Source of the DNA: Malacoraja senta
Taxonomy: Eukaryota
DNA: 64,000 nucleotides
NCBI GenBank assembly: GCA_038087875.1
Contig: CM075988.1
Location: forward strand, 15,068,001 to 15,132,000
Direction of reading: 5' to 3'
A program made the translations under genes and the position numbers. Shown piece by piece: positions 63,640 to 64,000 of this stretch (its first letter is position 1; each line of letters begins with the position of its first letter). Under the pieces are notes generated by a model. That model searched no databases and was not told the origin of the DNA. It saw only the letters and a program-made list of their open reading frames with translations.

Positions 63640-64000
63640 AAAGTAGAGATGTTGAAATTTCATGTTCTTAGGATTAAATATTACCAGCAATTTGGACTGG
63701 CCATATCAAAGCAATGGCCACGAAAGAACACCTATGCCTCTACTTCCTTAGAAGGCTTAAGAAGTTTGGCATGTCCGCACAATCATCACTAACTTCTGCA
63801 GATACACCGTAGAAATCATTTTATCGTGATTCATCACAGCATGGTTTGGGAACAGCTCCTTCCAAGACCGCAAGAAATTGCAGTCCAATTGCAAATTGGA
63901 CATAGCCCAGACCATCAAGCAAACCATTCTCCCTTCCCCTCCATCTATACTTCACAATGGTTCGGCAAGGCAGTCAGCATAATCAGGGACATGTCTCACC
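63640..64000 (+). mobile_element. Degraded Rex1-type fragment running off the window end
   Basis: CLYFLRRLKKFGMS motif, similar to the 5711-6316 ORF. Confidence 0.7.

Overview
Vertebrate genomic DNA, most likely an elasmobranch (skate/ray/shark), judged from the repeat content: CR1 LINEs, HE1/V-SINE-like and Deu-domain-like SINEs, and abundant Penelope pLTR relics. The window holds one complete protein-coding region, TBCEL (tubulin-specific chaperone cofactor E-like; leucine-rich repeats plus C-terminal ubiquitin-like domain). It lies on the + strand as 7 coding exons: 9168-9300, 17632-17771, 26941-27122, 30484-30740, 32888-33014, 35235-35348 and 50762-51086. These total 1278 nt (425 aa) with consistent phases, and the last intron uses a GC donor. 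A ~3 kb apparently repeat-free 3' UTR ends near AATAAA at 54157. Introns and flanks are packed with mobile elements: CR1, L2, Rex1/Babar, a Vingi-like LINE, Penelope fragments, two full-length but mutated IR/DR Tc1 transposons, three non-autonomous DNA elements and SINEs, several of them nested. Best leads: (1) two unannotated, phase-compatible open exons in the last intron that could give TBCEL a ~216-aa alternative C-terminus replacing the UBL domain; (2) a recurrent minimal hammerhead-ribozyme-like motif in Penelope pLTR mini-elements; (3) a closed stem-loop module inserted in one CR1 3' UTR variant. Repeat boundaries are approximate unless a TSD or TIR is quoted. Family names come from recalled motifs, not database searches.
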